Below, piece after piece: positions 22,219 to 35,055 of a DNA stretch of 64,000 bases. The stretch is from contig CM060732.1 of the NCBI GenBank assembly GCA_030704615.1, forward strand, positions 46,252,001 to 46,316,000, given 5' to 3'. The notes under the pieces were generated by a model. That model saw nothing but the letters and a program-made list of their open reading frames with translations. It made no database searches and was not told the origin of the DNA. Numbering within the stretch: position 1 is the stretch's first letter; each line of letters begins with the position of its first letter. The translations under genes and the position numbers were made by a program. This DNA is from Takakia lepidozioides (Eukaryota > Plantae > Bryophyta).

Positions 22219-25200
22219 CAAGTAAAAACGTAGGAAAACGTCCTATCTCATCACAGTCTACAAACCTGTATATCTACTTCCAGCCCTCTCTCTATCTCTC
22301 CGAACTCTCTCTATCGCTTATTAGTCCACCTCGCTCGCACGCACCCTCTATCGCTCAGCGCACCCACATCCCTACCGCTCACAGTAAGTAGCAAAACTGA
22401 CGAATTCACAAAAGACGAAATCGAACAATATTTCCACCTCTATCGCTGTGGCAGAGCCTCCCGCATACCCTGTCACTCACAGCCAATGGCGCACAGCTCA
22501 CCAAAACCAATATATTCGAGCCTCGCACTTCGAGCAACCCCTCTCTCTCTCCCCCCTCGATCGCGAGTCTCGACTCTCGCAATCTCTTGAACACGATGCA
22601 ATTGGGGGCCAAGGGCAGCGCGCGCGAGAAGGTAAGCGCTACAGACTGCGCACAGTTAAGGCGCTGTCTGGTGGTCGGGTCTCCCAAAGCACAAGAGCGC
22701 GCAGGAGCTGCAGCAGTGGTGTCTGGCATTGCCCGACAATCGCAGAGCTCTATATACACAGCACCAAGAAGACGGCACGGGCGCGGGTCTGCACCAGCGC
22801 GCCACCCGGCCCAGCCCACCTCTGTCCAGTTTTCCTCATCCATCCTTATCATTTATCATCCATATTCGAAGGGGAGAAAGCGTCTTCATCCTCTCTGTCT
22901 GACATCATCCACGACGATGCCTGACGTACTTCATCGATCCGCCACGACTGACTCGGATGGCTCTGGGCTCGACTCTCTCGCAGCTCTGCCGCACGTGCGG
23001 CATGCGATTGTGGTCAATGGTGGGCCGGGTTGTTGAGATTATCTCCTGTTGTTTTACCCCTCGCATTTATTATTTTACTCCCTCACTGTCTCGGTTTGCG
23101 AGGCCGGTTTTAGTGCCTGTTTAGTGACTAGCTAATCCCGTTTGTTCTAATTAGTGACTGTGATTAGGGACATGAAATCTAGTAAACCACCTTAGTGAGA
23201 GGGGCGGAGGTGGATAAAAGAAATTGCATGCAAACAAGAGAGAAGGGGTCTTGTTGGAGGGGTGGGCGGTGGCTTTTGTTTTGTCAGGTCCGAAGGAATA
23301 ATAACCCCTGATTGTGTTGTCCAAACCTTTTCTCAATGCGAATAAAAATCTCGGTCCGGACGACCCCACCCGACCGTATTTTAGATTCCAGCACAAAATA
23401 TTAGATAATCTTACTTTCCAATGAATGACTGGTGGTCTTCCATTTTTCGCCTGCTAAGGAGGCCCCTCTAAATGATCCGGCAGGGCCCAGCATGCGATGA
23501 GTGTCGCATGAGACAATACAAAACAGAACAGATGGGATTCGGAGAGGTTTCTTTAGCTGGGCGGTTTGCAATGCCTTCTAAATTCCATGTAGCTAGTTAC
23601 CCACCATCTAAGTTGGTTGAATAGGCGAAGTGGCTCTTAATTACGTTGGCCATGGCCCCCAGACTTCCTCCTGTCTTGGTCGATTATTAGAGCAACTAAG
23701 CATATTTGTTCGGCCAAGCCCGCACTTTACATATAGTTTATCTCATTTATCTGATCTATGTGGCCGGCACCGTCCCTCATAATAATTATGTGTTGCTTAC
23801 TAGCCTGACCGGATGTCCAACCAATTGTCTACCATGCTATATTAAGTGGAATCGCGAGGATCCAGGTGCAACCCATCCGCACTCACTGTATTTGTGGCAC
23901 AAACAATTTGGTGAAGTATTTGTAACATCAAACCCCACAAGTGTGTGGGCGCTGGGGCCGGCCCATGAATCAACCCATACCGAAATCTAGACGATCCCAG
24001 TTTTCCGCCCAATACGGCAACTCTTCCCACTAAGCAAAGAGATAAGGATAGCGATTCAAACAACGCAGGGGGTGCGGTGTTTAGAGCCCGACCGGCCGAT
24101 GAGAATATAATAATCTTGACATAATATATTAAACAACTGCTAACCCAACTACCCTCTGTGGCATTAAAAAAGAAAAAAAGTACCCCAAATAGAAATTAAG
24201 AAAGGAGAATAGTAAAGTATCACATTTGGAGAACTACAAATCGCGGGTGGTGGTCCCAGGGAACAGCGGTTCCCCTCCGGGCACGACCGGGAGGGCATGA
24301 TGGGGGTGGACCGGCGGCACAAGGACCGGCAGAGACTTCACCTAGATTCCCATCATTGCCAAATCCCGGCAACATGTACCGGCCGGCATCTATTGGCCGG
24401 CGAGGCAATGTACCGGGCCTGCATTTTGTGAGCAGGCACAGTACCGTGTGCGGCTTTGGACCCACGATCCATGAAGGGCTGGATGGATGAAGCCACGGAT
24501 GGACGGACAGGCCCGCTTCACAAACCGTACACATCCGTATCTGTCAGCACCAATAATAGGGCCGGTCGCGTGCTGCGACCGTGTGCCCCACGCGCCCACG
24601 TCACGTTTTCGCCACTCCGCGTTTACGGTTAGGGTTAGGGCAGTAGCCCAGTGGGTGGGTAGGATTCGAACCCACGTCGAGCTTACCACTGGGGAGGCTG
24701 CACGTGGCGGGGCAAGAGTTGGTCGGGCAACGTGGGCGCAACATGGCGCTGCCCGCCGGAGAAAGCGTGACCCTGTCCGCGGACAGCGACCTGCTGTCCC
24801 TCCCATGCCACCCGCGCGGTGCAGACCGCGGGCGCGGGGGGCTTCCGAGGCGCTGCCACGTTCCGCGGGCGAGCTGCGACTCGGGTCGCGCCGCGTCCAC
24901 CGGCTGGCGGGGCCCGCCGAAGTGCAGGGTCAAGCTCTGGTCCAAAAAGTTGCCACATGGCGCCGTACGCAGCGTGCCAATGAAAAGCGTGGTGGACGGA
25001 TGAATGATTGGGTCTGTCCAGCTTGATTTACAATCATTTATCGTATCCAGTAGAAATAAATAATAAATATTTATTAAATGTGAGAGTCTCCCACCGAATG
25101 ATGTGCAGGTACTTTTGGACAATCATTTAAATTATTCCTGTCATTCAGTCCTCTAAAATCCTCATACCCTCTTGAGCTACTCATAATTCTACATATTGTT

Positions 25201-26202
25201 CCAATTGCACGTTGCCCACTTCAATTGAGGAATGAATGTCTTTCTTTTTTCTTAAAAACAAAAAGGGCTCAACTAAAACAAAAAGGTTAATATTAAATAT
25301 GAGAAATGCAAGGGTTCTGTTCGGAAAGGTGATAATGTGGTCATCATTCACGTTCCCACATGCAATAATTTCACAAATATGCCCTCATAAAACGAAGGTC
25401 TGCCAAATTCCACCTGAGCCCAGAATTCCATCATCATTCTCTTTATACTAGTAGCAAAAAGCGGTGATGTGGCCCCTACTCTGAGTCGAACCCACATCAT
25501 GATTGAAACGAATCCATACAGCGCTGAGCGGACGGATGAGAACAGAGCTCCATCCAGGGTGACCAATTGGGGTGGTCGCTGGAATCTGGTGCGCATTCAA
25601 GTCACCGGCTGCGAATGTGGCAGCACGCAGTTATGGTAGGTCTGACCGGTATCTGACCGGACATGCCTCACACGGGGACCATCGGGGTACACGACTGTGT
25701 AGGCCACGTACAGTCGGGGTCCTCTCATTACAAACAAGAAACAAAGCCTCACAAAATGTGGCCTCGTTAAGTATGTACTTGGATGTGCTGCAGGTTTGCG
25801 TTCCCCAGAAACACCTCGAGATTGAAACCAGACACGCTTAACAGTAATTGCCTGCTTGAGCTGTTTTCCCAGGTTTGATTGAAGCACGTACATTTACTAC
25901 GCAACTGTACGAGATGCAGAGGCATTCTCAGGGGATCACAGTTGTGAGCGAGCGCAATTTGTAATTTGCTGGCGAAATTGTGGGAATTTTGCGAAGCCTA
26001 GATGTGTGACCGGTGTTTGAGTTGCATGTATGCAATGGGGCTTGCCATATTGTAAATAAGGATTGATTGGGAGGGAGGCGGCTTCAAGAGCTTTTTGGTG
26101 TTCTGTGCTGGCCTACTCCGTATCATACTTTTTCTTTTCCTTTTAAAGGGAAACACCTGGAGACTGGGATCATACTTGTGTTGCAAAACTCTTTGTAGAG
26201 CG

Positions 26203-26299
26203 GAAGGCCTCGGGGCAAGGGCGTTCCTGGATTTGATGGCACTGGGCCGGGGGGCGGCAGTGCCCGAAAATCCAAGAACGCCCGACAGGAGAGGCCTTC
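26203..26299. repeat. Palindromic hairpin element, copy A
   Basis: Nested stems GAAGGCCTC/GAGGCCTTC, GGGCGTTCCTGGATTT/AAATCCAAGAACGCCC and GGCACTG/CAGTGCC. Confidence 0.75.
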
Positions 26300-27960
26300 T
26301 CCGGCATAAAGCACGTGAATTTGTTTTTCCCCGATATACATATGTTTCCGACCTATCTTTTCATCCTTGCAGGTCTGTGAAGGCCTAATGTCATGCTTGC
26401 AATTGGGCTTTGTAGCAATTTTTGATGCTTTCATTGAAGCTTTTTACCCAGAATTGTACAGATTTGTTACTCTGGCGCAATAAATGATCCATTTCAAACT
26501 TAAACGCCAAGTTTGTCTCATTAGTCAAATTTCCTTTTTCTTTTCTTTTCTTGTTTTTCAGAAGGAAACTTGGGAGCGGCTGCGAGTCACATTCTGGCCT
26601 TGAAGAGGGGGGAGAAATTTGCTTTTAACTTCTGAAAGAAAAACTGAAAAGATATGGTGCTGTAAAGAAAAAGATACAGGGCTGGGAAGAAGTAATAGTG
26701 TCCCAGTGCATTCCACACAATGGAATGTGCACATTTTTTAAGGTATGCATTTCCTCGTATGAGGTATGAGTGCATTCCTTTGCAGGTACTCTAAATTGCA
26801 TAGCTGTATTCACGGTTTGAAGTGCCCTGAGACGCAGTTTGTTTTTATTAGTAGGCAAGTAGCTCAGTCTGCCAAGTAGCTTCAATACCTCAATTTTGTG
26901 GCCACTTATATTGCAGGAAAGCGATTTGGTTACCACACAGCCAAACACGGTTTAGTAGCAAGGAACGCTGGGAGTTTGCTGTGCATTAAGGTTTGACATG
27001 GTTAGGAAACACGATGCTGATTACAGGTGCTGCAGCCATAATATGCTGCAGATGTGACAATGTAGAGACGACACTTGGAAGGGGCAAAAGAAGAAGTGGA
27101 GAAACCAGAAAGTTTAGATTCCAGTAGGTTTGAGCTGCTCAATTGAAGAAACAAAGCAATCCCATAAAAAACGACATCCATCAAGAGCCTGTCCAAAGCA
27201 GAAGACATGGATTGACGAAGGTTGAAAAGTTAGGTTACCTGCATTATGCATGAACAGGGGCTGATTAAACAAAGCATACACAGTTCATGTGGCTAGGAGT
27301 AAATCCCTAACTTTCATTTGCGTCGGAAAGGAAGGCAACAAAAAAACAATGACCTATTTGCAACACAAATTGCAAACCTATCTGCTGAGTGCTTAAAGAA
27401 TGCACTCATGCCATCCCCAGACAGCATTGGCTTGCCATATCTTCCGACCATTGACCTGATGGTTAAAGAGTCTGTTACAATCGCCAAAAAAATCACAGAA
27501 GAGATGAAGTTGCAGTTCATTTTCCGGCTGGCAAATTTACACCCCCAAGAGCCCAGGCTAAATCCAGGATCACCCATGATCAGAAAGGAACACACAAAAT
27601 TCAAACTGCCACCATGACCAGAGAGTCAAAGAGAACTGAACCATTTTCTGATTGGCAGTGACTAGCTGGTCAGTGCTCAATAGTGGGTGCAGCCTCATTG
27701 ACAGTTTAGCGCTCAAACAAGACCATCACAATAGCAGAAAAGCGGAAGGACAAACACAAATGATGTACGGATAAATGACGTCAATGAGTAACTTGACAAT
27801 CAGATACTCCATGCTCCTACATAAGGCACTGGCCTACCAGAAGACTTCTCCATCACCACTACAGAGGAGTAGATGAGGTGCAACAATCTCCCTTACTCTA
27901 ATGGCTGTCTTCCTGCCTCACTATCATTACCAAGCTTTGGTCGGATCACACAGACTACGA

Positions 27961-30477
27961 CTAAAAATGATGGACGGCAAAGGTGATAGTGCAGCCCAGC
28001 AAGCCGAAAAGGGCCAACACGTGAAACGCCCTGTACACAACACATCCAATATGTGAGCTACTTTTTCTACTTTCCTTAGACACTCAAGATCATTTTGAAC
28101 TGATACCTGCAGAAATTCCTGCCAGCTTACACACGCCACGCTTTCACTAGGTTCATACCAACACAAACATCCACAAGTCTGCACTAAGACTTTAGCCAAG
28201 TTTCAAGCTCCATAAAGAATGGCAATAAGGCCAGACACTCACAAGTAGTTTCAACGCCAGAGCGTAGTGGTAGGGCTCAGGTTATATAGCATAAAGATCT
28301 GAGTTAATGAAAATACCCTTTAGGGAGCAACACCAACTTTCCTATTTATTGCTTTGGAAATTCCTACGTACTTTAGTTAACTTCAGGAATAACAATCTAC
28401 TTTTACCTGATACACAACTCAACACATACAAACTCATAAGCACTGCATGCCAAATGTGGATTGACTCAAAAGAAAGAAGAGCTGCTTACCCGCCACTCTT
28501 AAATCTGTTTGCAGGGTCACCAGTCGAATAACCTGTGAAGAACAAATAACGTGCAACGGTATAGGCAACCCCCAAAGCGCTTGCGAGTTTTGGATACTGT
28601 ACTCCCATGCAATGAAGACACACAAACATCCCAATTAATGTAACAGTTGGAAGGCTCACCAACTTTTGAGAATTTGCACCCTCATCATAAAAATAAACTG
28701 TCCTCTACTTGTGATCTGTCTGACTCTACTGTGGTTGCTGAGGGATAACCACTCGCACAAGTCAAGTGCAACTAGCATGCCAAGGTATTGACAATCCCCA
28801 ATGCGCTGTCAAGTGTTGGATACTATACTCCCATGCAATTAACATCCAATTCCTTGTAACAGTTAGAAGGATTAACAACTATGTGTCCTTATCAAAGCAA
28901 ATGAACAGATATGCTGTACTTGTTGCTAGGGACGTCTCAGCACAGAAAATAAGGACCATACCTGAAGACCGCTTACTAGGAGCAATGCAAAGAAAATGGG
29001 CATGACCTCCAAACAATTTTGATGCCCTCTCTGCTCCACACAACCAACATACACACCAGTAGCCAAAGCACCTTAATTGTGCCAGCCATCATCATCGGCC
29101 TTATGGTAAGGTAAAAGCTCCAAACACACACCAAAAAGGGTGAACACTAAAACTATTATCAGTGCCAGCTCCCAAAACAGAATAACAAATGCACAATGAT
29201 CTTCCCACTGACAGCAACTCCAGTGTATGCGAAGTGGTTGTTGAGCCATGCTATCTCAGTGCAAAAGAGGTGTATTACATTTAACAAAGAGACAGTAGGA
29301 ACTTACAACCTTAATGAGATGGAAAGTGCAACTATTGGAATGCCACACTAGAATCACATAAAAGGTTTACCCAAGAAAGAACATGATGCTTATGTCCCTA
29401 CCAGTTCGACATTGGAAAGAACTCCTTTTCAACCAAAAAACTAGCGAGGTCCTTCAGATATCTTCGCAGAGTTATGATAGCATTCTTCCTTCAGACTATA
29501 TACTTTCCTAGCCCAGTTAATGCAGCAAGGCAGTTACTGGACCATAATCAGACCCCGTCTACACAAACCCCCCAGTTCTCCCTCAAGGACTTCTTTCATG
29601 CAGACCAGCAGATGTTACCTGCACACAGTTGAAGCGCATTGCATCCTTGTTCTCACTCTCTAGGGCATACATTGCGGGATAAGGCACATTGTACCTGATA
29701 AACAGAGATTCCCAATACAGATATAAACCCCCAGTTACTACGTCAACCACGTATCTTCCACCAGTATAGACTCTACTTCCAAAAAATCTTACACAGGACC
29801 AAGCGTTCACTGTGAAAATTCTACTGTACTGAAATGCCAGAATATCCTACAACGGCGACGTAACAGCTAAAACGAAAACAAAGACATGTTACTAAGAGCA
29901 GCCCGCCAATCTCCAGTGCAGTCTTCGGCAGGCCCGCTAATTGCAACTCCCTATCAAAGTCTCAAGAACCCATCAACCTCCTTGCTAATGACTATTGACC
30001 TACACCACCACACAACGTCGGTTACTCTAATCCCCCTCTCCCTTCACTTGCATCCATGTGTTATCACCTGGACCTAACCACACACATACATCCCCAATGT
30101 AGAGACAATCTCTGAACATTGACAACGCCAACCATCAGCCCAAAGCTCCACCAATAATCTTTGCAAATATCAAGTTTCCAACTCTGTTCCTCCCAGGCCA
30201 GTCAGACTATCACCGTTACCAGGATGACGCAGCTGCTGTCACAACCACCGACATATGTCCTACTACGACCACCCAAGCACTCCCAAACAAAGAACAACTC
30301 AGTCAAATCACGAAGGTGGGTGGAACCCACTAGCAGGAGCAAAAGCATAAGAAAATAGGGTCCGAAACCTCACTTCCTACGAGCCGTCCCGACTTTAAAA
30401 GCCATGAAGAAGTTGAGGAAGACGTATAGGGCCAGCGTCATCGCCACCCATCCATACCCAGCGACCTCAAACGCCAT
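27961..30477 (-). CDS. MGST3: MAPEG family microsomal glutathione S-transferase 3-like. Exons 30477-30374, 29694-29619, 29030-28962, 28596-28490, 28030-27961.
   Basis: Spliced translation MAFEVAGYGWVAMTLALYVFLNFFMAFKVGTARRKYNVPYPAMYA...FNCVQRGHQNCLE...GYSTGDPANRF...LLGCTITFAVHHF*, with the MAPEG FNCxQRxHQN motif. All introns are GT-AG and phase-consistent. TATA-like CTATATAAG at ~30583-30591. Confidence 0.95.
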
Positions 30478-30995
30478 AGCTGCCGTGCTTCACAGACAAC
30501 AACACCAACACAACAATATGCAAGCTCCTCACCACCCAACGTGTCACTAGGGAAGGATATACTGTACTACAGTGACGGATCTCTTATATAGCGGCTCTGA
30601 GGTGGGGCGCGTATAAAGGAATTATCTCACGCGCAAGCAAAGATGGCTGTCTTGTGGCTGGGATTTGCGAAGCTTCTTGGGGCATTTCCCCACCTTGTTC
30701 ACCTCCTCCCTCGCACCTTCCCACGGATGATTACTCCGCTGGTCTTAATGGTGACCTTTCCAATGCATCGCCCTTGCAAGCTTCCCTTTATTTTTTCTTT
30801 CTGCCCCCTTTGTTTTGCTAAGGTTTTCTTCCACTGGCATGAAAGTCTTGGCAGTCACAATTGTAAGAAAAAAAACAAATTGTTATCACCGTCCGGGCTG
30901 TCTTACACTAGCTAAGTTCATCTTATCCCGTCCATTTTTTTTAAGAAAAGGAAAACACCTGGGATCGACAGCTTGGCACAAATCAGGCCCCTTAA

Positions 30996-31823
30996 CCCCT
31001 AATGGACGAGGCAGTTTTTGGTGGGCCCCCTCCAAAACGGGACATACCCTCACGGATGAGGGTATATCTCTCGGGAAACTAACATCCATAGGGATGAACC
31101 ATATGAATGGGAGGCTACCTACTTCATCCAGCTTTTGTGAAAATTTCAGCTTATTCCACCGTGTCGTTTGGAAGATTATAAGAAATTGCAAGCCCAAAAT
31201 TTGGGGTACACTCCAAATTTAGAGTGAAAAAATGGTTTGACCAGGAAATTGGATCGACAAAATATTTTTTCCTCGCAAGACCCCATCCAGATAAAGCATG
31301 TTGCCCCAAAATTTCAAAGCAGAATTCTAAAATCTTGATAAGGTTGCTTTATATCGAAAAACAGGGGGGTCAAAAATACACCATGAAGCTCAAATGACAT
31401 GTATTTCAGGCTTAGGGGGTCGAAATTTCCTTGGAATCACAATTGTTGCGGTGAAAGTGTTCCTTGAATGATGAACTACTACCTCCAAAAAGAAATTCAA
31501 AATTCTAACAAAAATTCAGGTAGAGATTTGCATTTGTCTCCATTTGTACTTTTGCCTTTTGTCACCCCTTCAGCCTGCCACGTCACTAAGTCAAACCTGC
31601 TGGACGACCAATTTTGGGCACCCTTGCACACTAAAAAAGTTACTGACGGCAGGGCTTTCATTATTTTAGGGTGCCATAAAGACGGGTAGGTGCATGACAT
31701 CAAGGTGCACAACTTTCGTTCAGAAAGTTTTTTCATCCAAGGTAATCCAACGATTTGCCATCGTGGATGATTTTTGATGTGACCCTGACGCGACCCGAAA
31801 TGGGTCGCCTCGTCCATTAGGGG
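30996..31823. mobile_element. piggyBac-type non-autonomous DNA transposon (TTAA TSD), copy B
   Basis: TTAA (30992-30995) then CCCCTAATGGACGAGGC ... GCCTCGTCCATTAGGGG then TTAA (31824-31827). Perfect 17-bp TIR. Inserted at the TTAA of a SINE/LINE-like tail (30935-30995). Confidence 0.85.
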
Positions 31824-32008
31824 TTAATTATCCTGCATGAGCTAATCCTGAAGGTTGAAAAAATGAAGGGGATTGGACCGGCCAATGGGGAGGGAGGGCT
31901 GGGCTCTTGGAATGGGTGCATGGTGAGGACAAGAAACAGGAAGGGTATGTTGAAAGTTGTAGAGCGTTCAAGAAGTAGGACGAGGCAGCAACAACTCTAG
32001 AACATTCA

Positions 32009-32206
32009 CCAACAGTCAGTAGCTCAGTTGGTTAAGTGCACTGAGTGCCACCCAGATGATTCTGGGGTCAAATCTTGCTACTGATGGGTGTGGTGTCCCA
32101 CTCATTCGCCTCCATGGCGTATAAATGAAAGAGGTTATTTTCTCCTCTCACTACTAAGGGGCCTGATTCGTGAGCTATCGCTCCGAGGTGTTTCCCTTAA
32201 AAAAAA
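32009..32206 (+). mobile_element. tRNA-derived SINE
   Basis: A-box TAGCTCAGTTGG (32020-32031), B-box-like GGGTCAAATCT (~32065-32075), tail GGTGTTTCCCTT plus A8, and flanking direct repeat AACATTCA (32001-32008 and 32211-32218). The 3' half recurs at 62303-62432. Confidence 0.8.
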
Positions 32207-32897
32207 TGAAAACATTCAAGAGCCTTCCAGAAGGAGACGTGGGGAAGAGGCCGCTAGAATGGTGCCAGGTAAGAACCACTTCGCCTTGCGGCTACTGCCC
32301 CAATGATTCTACGAGTTGTTGATGTGAAGTTCATCCACGAAGGTACCGAAACACATATAGTCATCCACGTAGGTGGAAAATACGACTGGTGACAGGCCTG
32401 CTGGAAAGCCAGTAACAAAACGACACATTGGCGAGCAGCCTCCCAAAATCTACAGTGGATTTATAATTTGGCCTTTGGGGCCGGTGGGTACTTTAGACGG
32501 GGGCTCAAATGTCCATGTGATAGTTCAATCTGCTCATGTGGCAAGTTCCAGCACCCAAAAGTACTTAAGACAAGGTTTTTTGCAATTCCAAGTCTGTGCC
32601 AAGATGACTGTAGGTTTGATCATTGTTTAGCAAAGCATCGCGAGGTGTGACATTGGGGGGCGCAAATTGAGGGAGCAATTTGGTATCACTAGGTTGATCC
32701 CCATTCCAGTGTCGGAGTGAACCCCCACCCCCATCTCCAGCCACGTGGCACTCCCCCGAACCGTTGATCCCCTCCCCATCCATTCAACCTCAATTAAATG
32801 GATGGCGGCCGGATGAAGGCACCATGACGCGTCCATCGTCACGCGCTCCCGCCGCCGTCAATCCCCTCCTCCCATCCACGGCGAACACCGAGACACA

Positions 32898-33314
32898 TTG
32901 AGGTATGTCACCATACGTGGAGGCGGATATCGACCGGGTGTTTGGAGATTCAACCTTGGGGACTATGTGTATCTACAGCAGACAGCACCAACGACCTTGG
33001 ATGTCACAGCAGGGCGTGTGATTCTAAGGGTCAGGGAGGTGTTGCCTTCAGGAGTGTTGATTCTGGAGGGTCGAGATGGCATGGTATGGAAGGACCATGT
33101 GCATAATTGTACGCCATGTCACCTTCCACATGTGGATGGGAGGATAGATCCCAACCTTGCAGTTGTACATGCAGGGTTGCATTGCATGTTATGTGGGCAT
33201 GCTGGTGGTGCCGCCACCATGCTGGTGTATGATAGATGCTCAAGGGGGTGGCACATGGGATGCTTGATACCGCCACTTGAGGAGGTTCCTAGCAGAGAAT
33301 GGTTGTGTCCATGA
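32898..33314 (+). mobile_element. Gypsy retrotransposon remnant: post-integrase region fused to a PHD finger
   Basis: RFNLGDYVYL...ILRVREVLPSGVLILEG resembles an integrase C-terminal region. It is followed by CMLC...MLVYDRCSRGWHMGCLIPPLEEVPSREWLCP, a PHD C4HC3 pattern with lost Cys residues. Confidence 0.65.
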
Positions 33315-34504
33315 TGCCGTGGACAGAGGTAGTGTGCATTTGACAAGTGATCCAAGGTCTAGCAGGTGGGAATTCAACGCCATGGATACTCAATTGAAGA
33401 TCATGGATTGCAGGTAGGCTACTAACGATGGAGCTCTCTAATTTGCACCCGGCCTCTTGATCCATAGACTTTAGGGGACATGTGCGATTACAGACCAATC
33501 AATGATCTTATTGAGAGGGATACTTATTAACTATCTGGTGTTAGAGGGACCTAATCACCAGCTAGGGGCGCGATTGTGGCATAGTTTTCTAAGATTGTGT
33601 GCTTAGAATGTGTGTGGACAACGATGTATGTTGTGGCACAATGCTTAGGTGCACGATAGATCCAAAGGTCGCTGCACAAATGTTGAGGAATTTTCAGTTG
33701 TCCAATGCCGGAAAGCTGAACGGAAACGGAGCCAGCCCTAGTAGTACAACTTGATTTCGTGAAACTTGACGTTATAATTTTGAGAAACTCTATTCAGATT
33801 CTATGTGAAATACTCAATGAGAACGAGTGTGATTGCTCGAAATTTGTTACTGCAGATTGTTGACTTGTTAGAAGTGAAACGTAGATTCCTAGTTCACATG
33901 TTGATCTCTGGACAGTCTGTTGCACGATGTTCACAGAAAGCGTAATGCCCTGGAGAGCTTGTCGCGGGATGTTCACGAAAGGGACTTGCCTCAAATCTTC
34001 ACCTGTATAAGCAGACGTCCAAATACACTAAATTTTTTTTGGTAGTGCTTTACGTACCTTAAAAAGGTTTTCAAAAATCCGTTGCATACGGACAATTGAA
34101 CACCTTTACAACCCAGCGTGAATATTCAAAATCATTCTATTATATACAATAAAACATAGGTTGGTGCCAAGAAATGTCTGCCTAGTAGTAGAATTAGATG
34201 GTAGTAGGCTGTCGGACGGCCTCGGGATTGACTATCACTTGAAATAATTACCTCCCATAAAGTAGTATAGTTTGGTTTTACAACCATCTTCATGTAGGTA
34301 ATGAGTAGGTAATCATCAAACTACTTTGAGGTAATTATAATTTTTCATTTTAAAGGAACTCTAAGATTCCCCGGGTGATGAGCTTCATTAAGAAGAGTCC
34401 GATACACAAAATTGAGAGGCCCTTCTAGCCAACCGGACTAGAAAAGGGGTAGCTTGAGGTCAAACCGTCAGTTAATATTGATCCTAACTGGGGACTTCAA
34501 CGTT

Positions 34505-34705
34505 CGTAGCCCCCTAGCCACTAATTTAGTAAGTAAGTAGGAAAAGAGCCCCCCTCTCCTTTATATACCCTCTCAAGCGGTGGGACCCTTGTAGAACCCA
34601 CCCCTCAGGCGGTGGGACCCTACTCCCATCACTTGACACCTATCCTAACTACCGAAATTGGCCTGAACCATCCCCTATTTAATAGGTATCACCTTCTTGC
34701 CTTCT
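34505..34705 (+). repeat. Dispersed repeat, copy 2 (copy 1 at ~680-870)
   Basis: Same motif order as 680-870. Confidence 0.7.
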
Positions 34706-34915
34706 TTTTTTGGACCCCTCCATTTCTTGAAATGTATTAGGCTTATTTAGGCTTGAGCAATTTTGTTGCCCCCCTTATGGCGATTGCGGAGTGTCCACTT
34801 TCCAAACAGAAGGCAGTAGTCCTTCAAGGTGAAAATAATAATAGTGGTTCAGTTTTCCATGTAAAACACAGGCAAATTTTTTTCTTTGTAATTCAAGGAG
34901 CCTCCCTGGCCGCAA

Positions 34916-35012
34916 GGTTCCCCCGATTTACGGGAAGTACCTTCCGCTTTTGGAAGGGTCCCCTAATTTGCGGGAAGTACCTTCCGCGTGTGGAAGGGTC
35001 CCCCGATTTGTG
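34916..35012. repeat. ~40-bp tandem repeat, about 2.5 copies
   Basis: Units of the form GGTCCCC..ATTT.CGGGAAGTACCTTCCGC...TGGAAG. Confidence 0.75.
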
Positions 35013-35055
35013 GGGCAAGGAGTGGGAAAGAAAAATTTCCCAGTTTTTCACGTTG

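Noticed and set aside
22406-23036. Three overlapping ~150-aa ORFs
   Set aside because: GC-rich promoter/5' UTR-like sequence without domain evidence.
32020-32085. Functional tRNA gene
   Set aside because: No proper cloverleaf, a degenerate B-box, and followed by a SINE body with poly(A).
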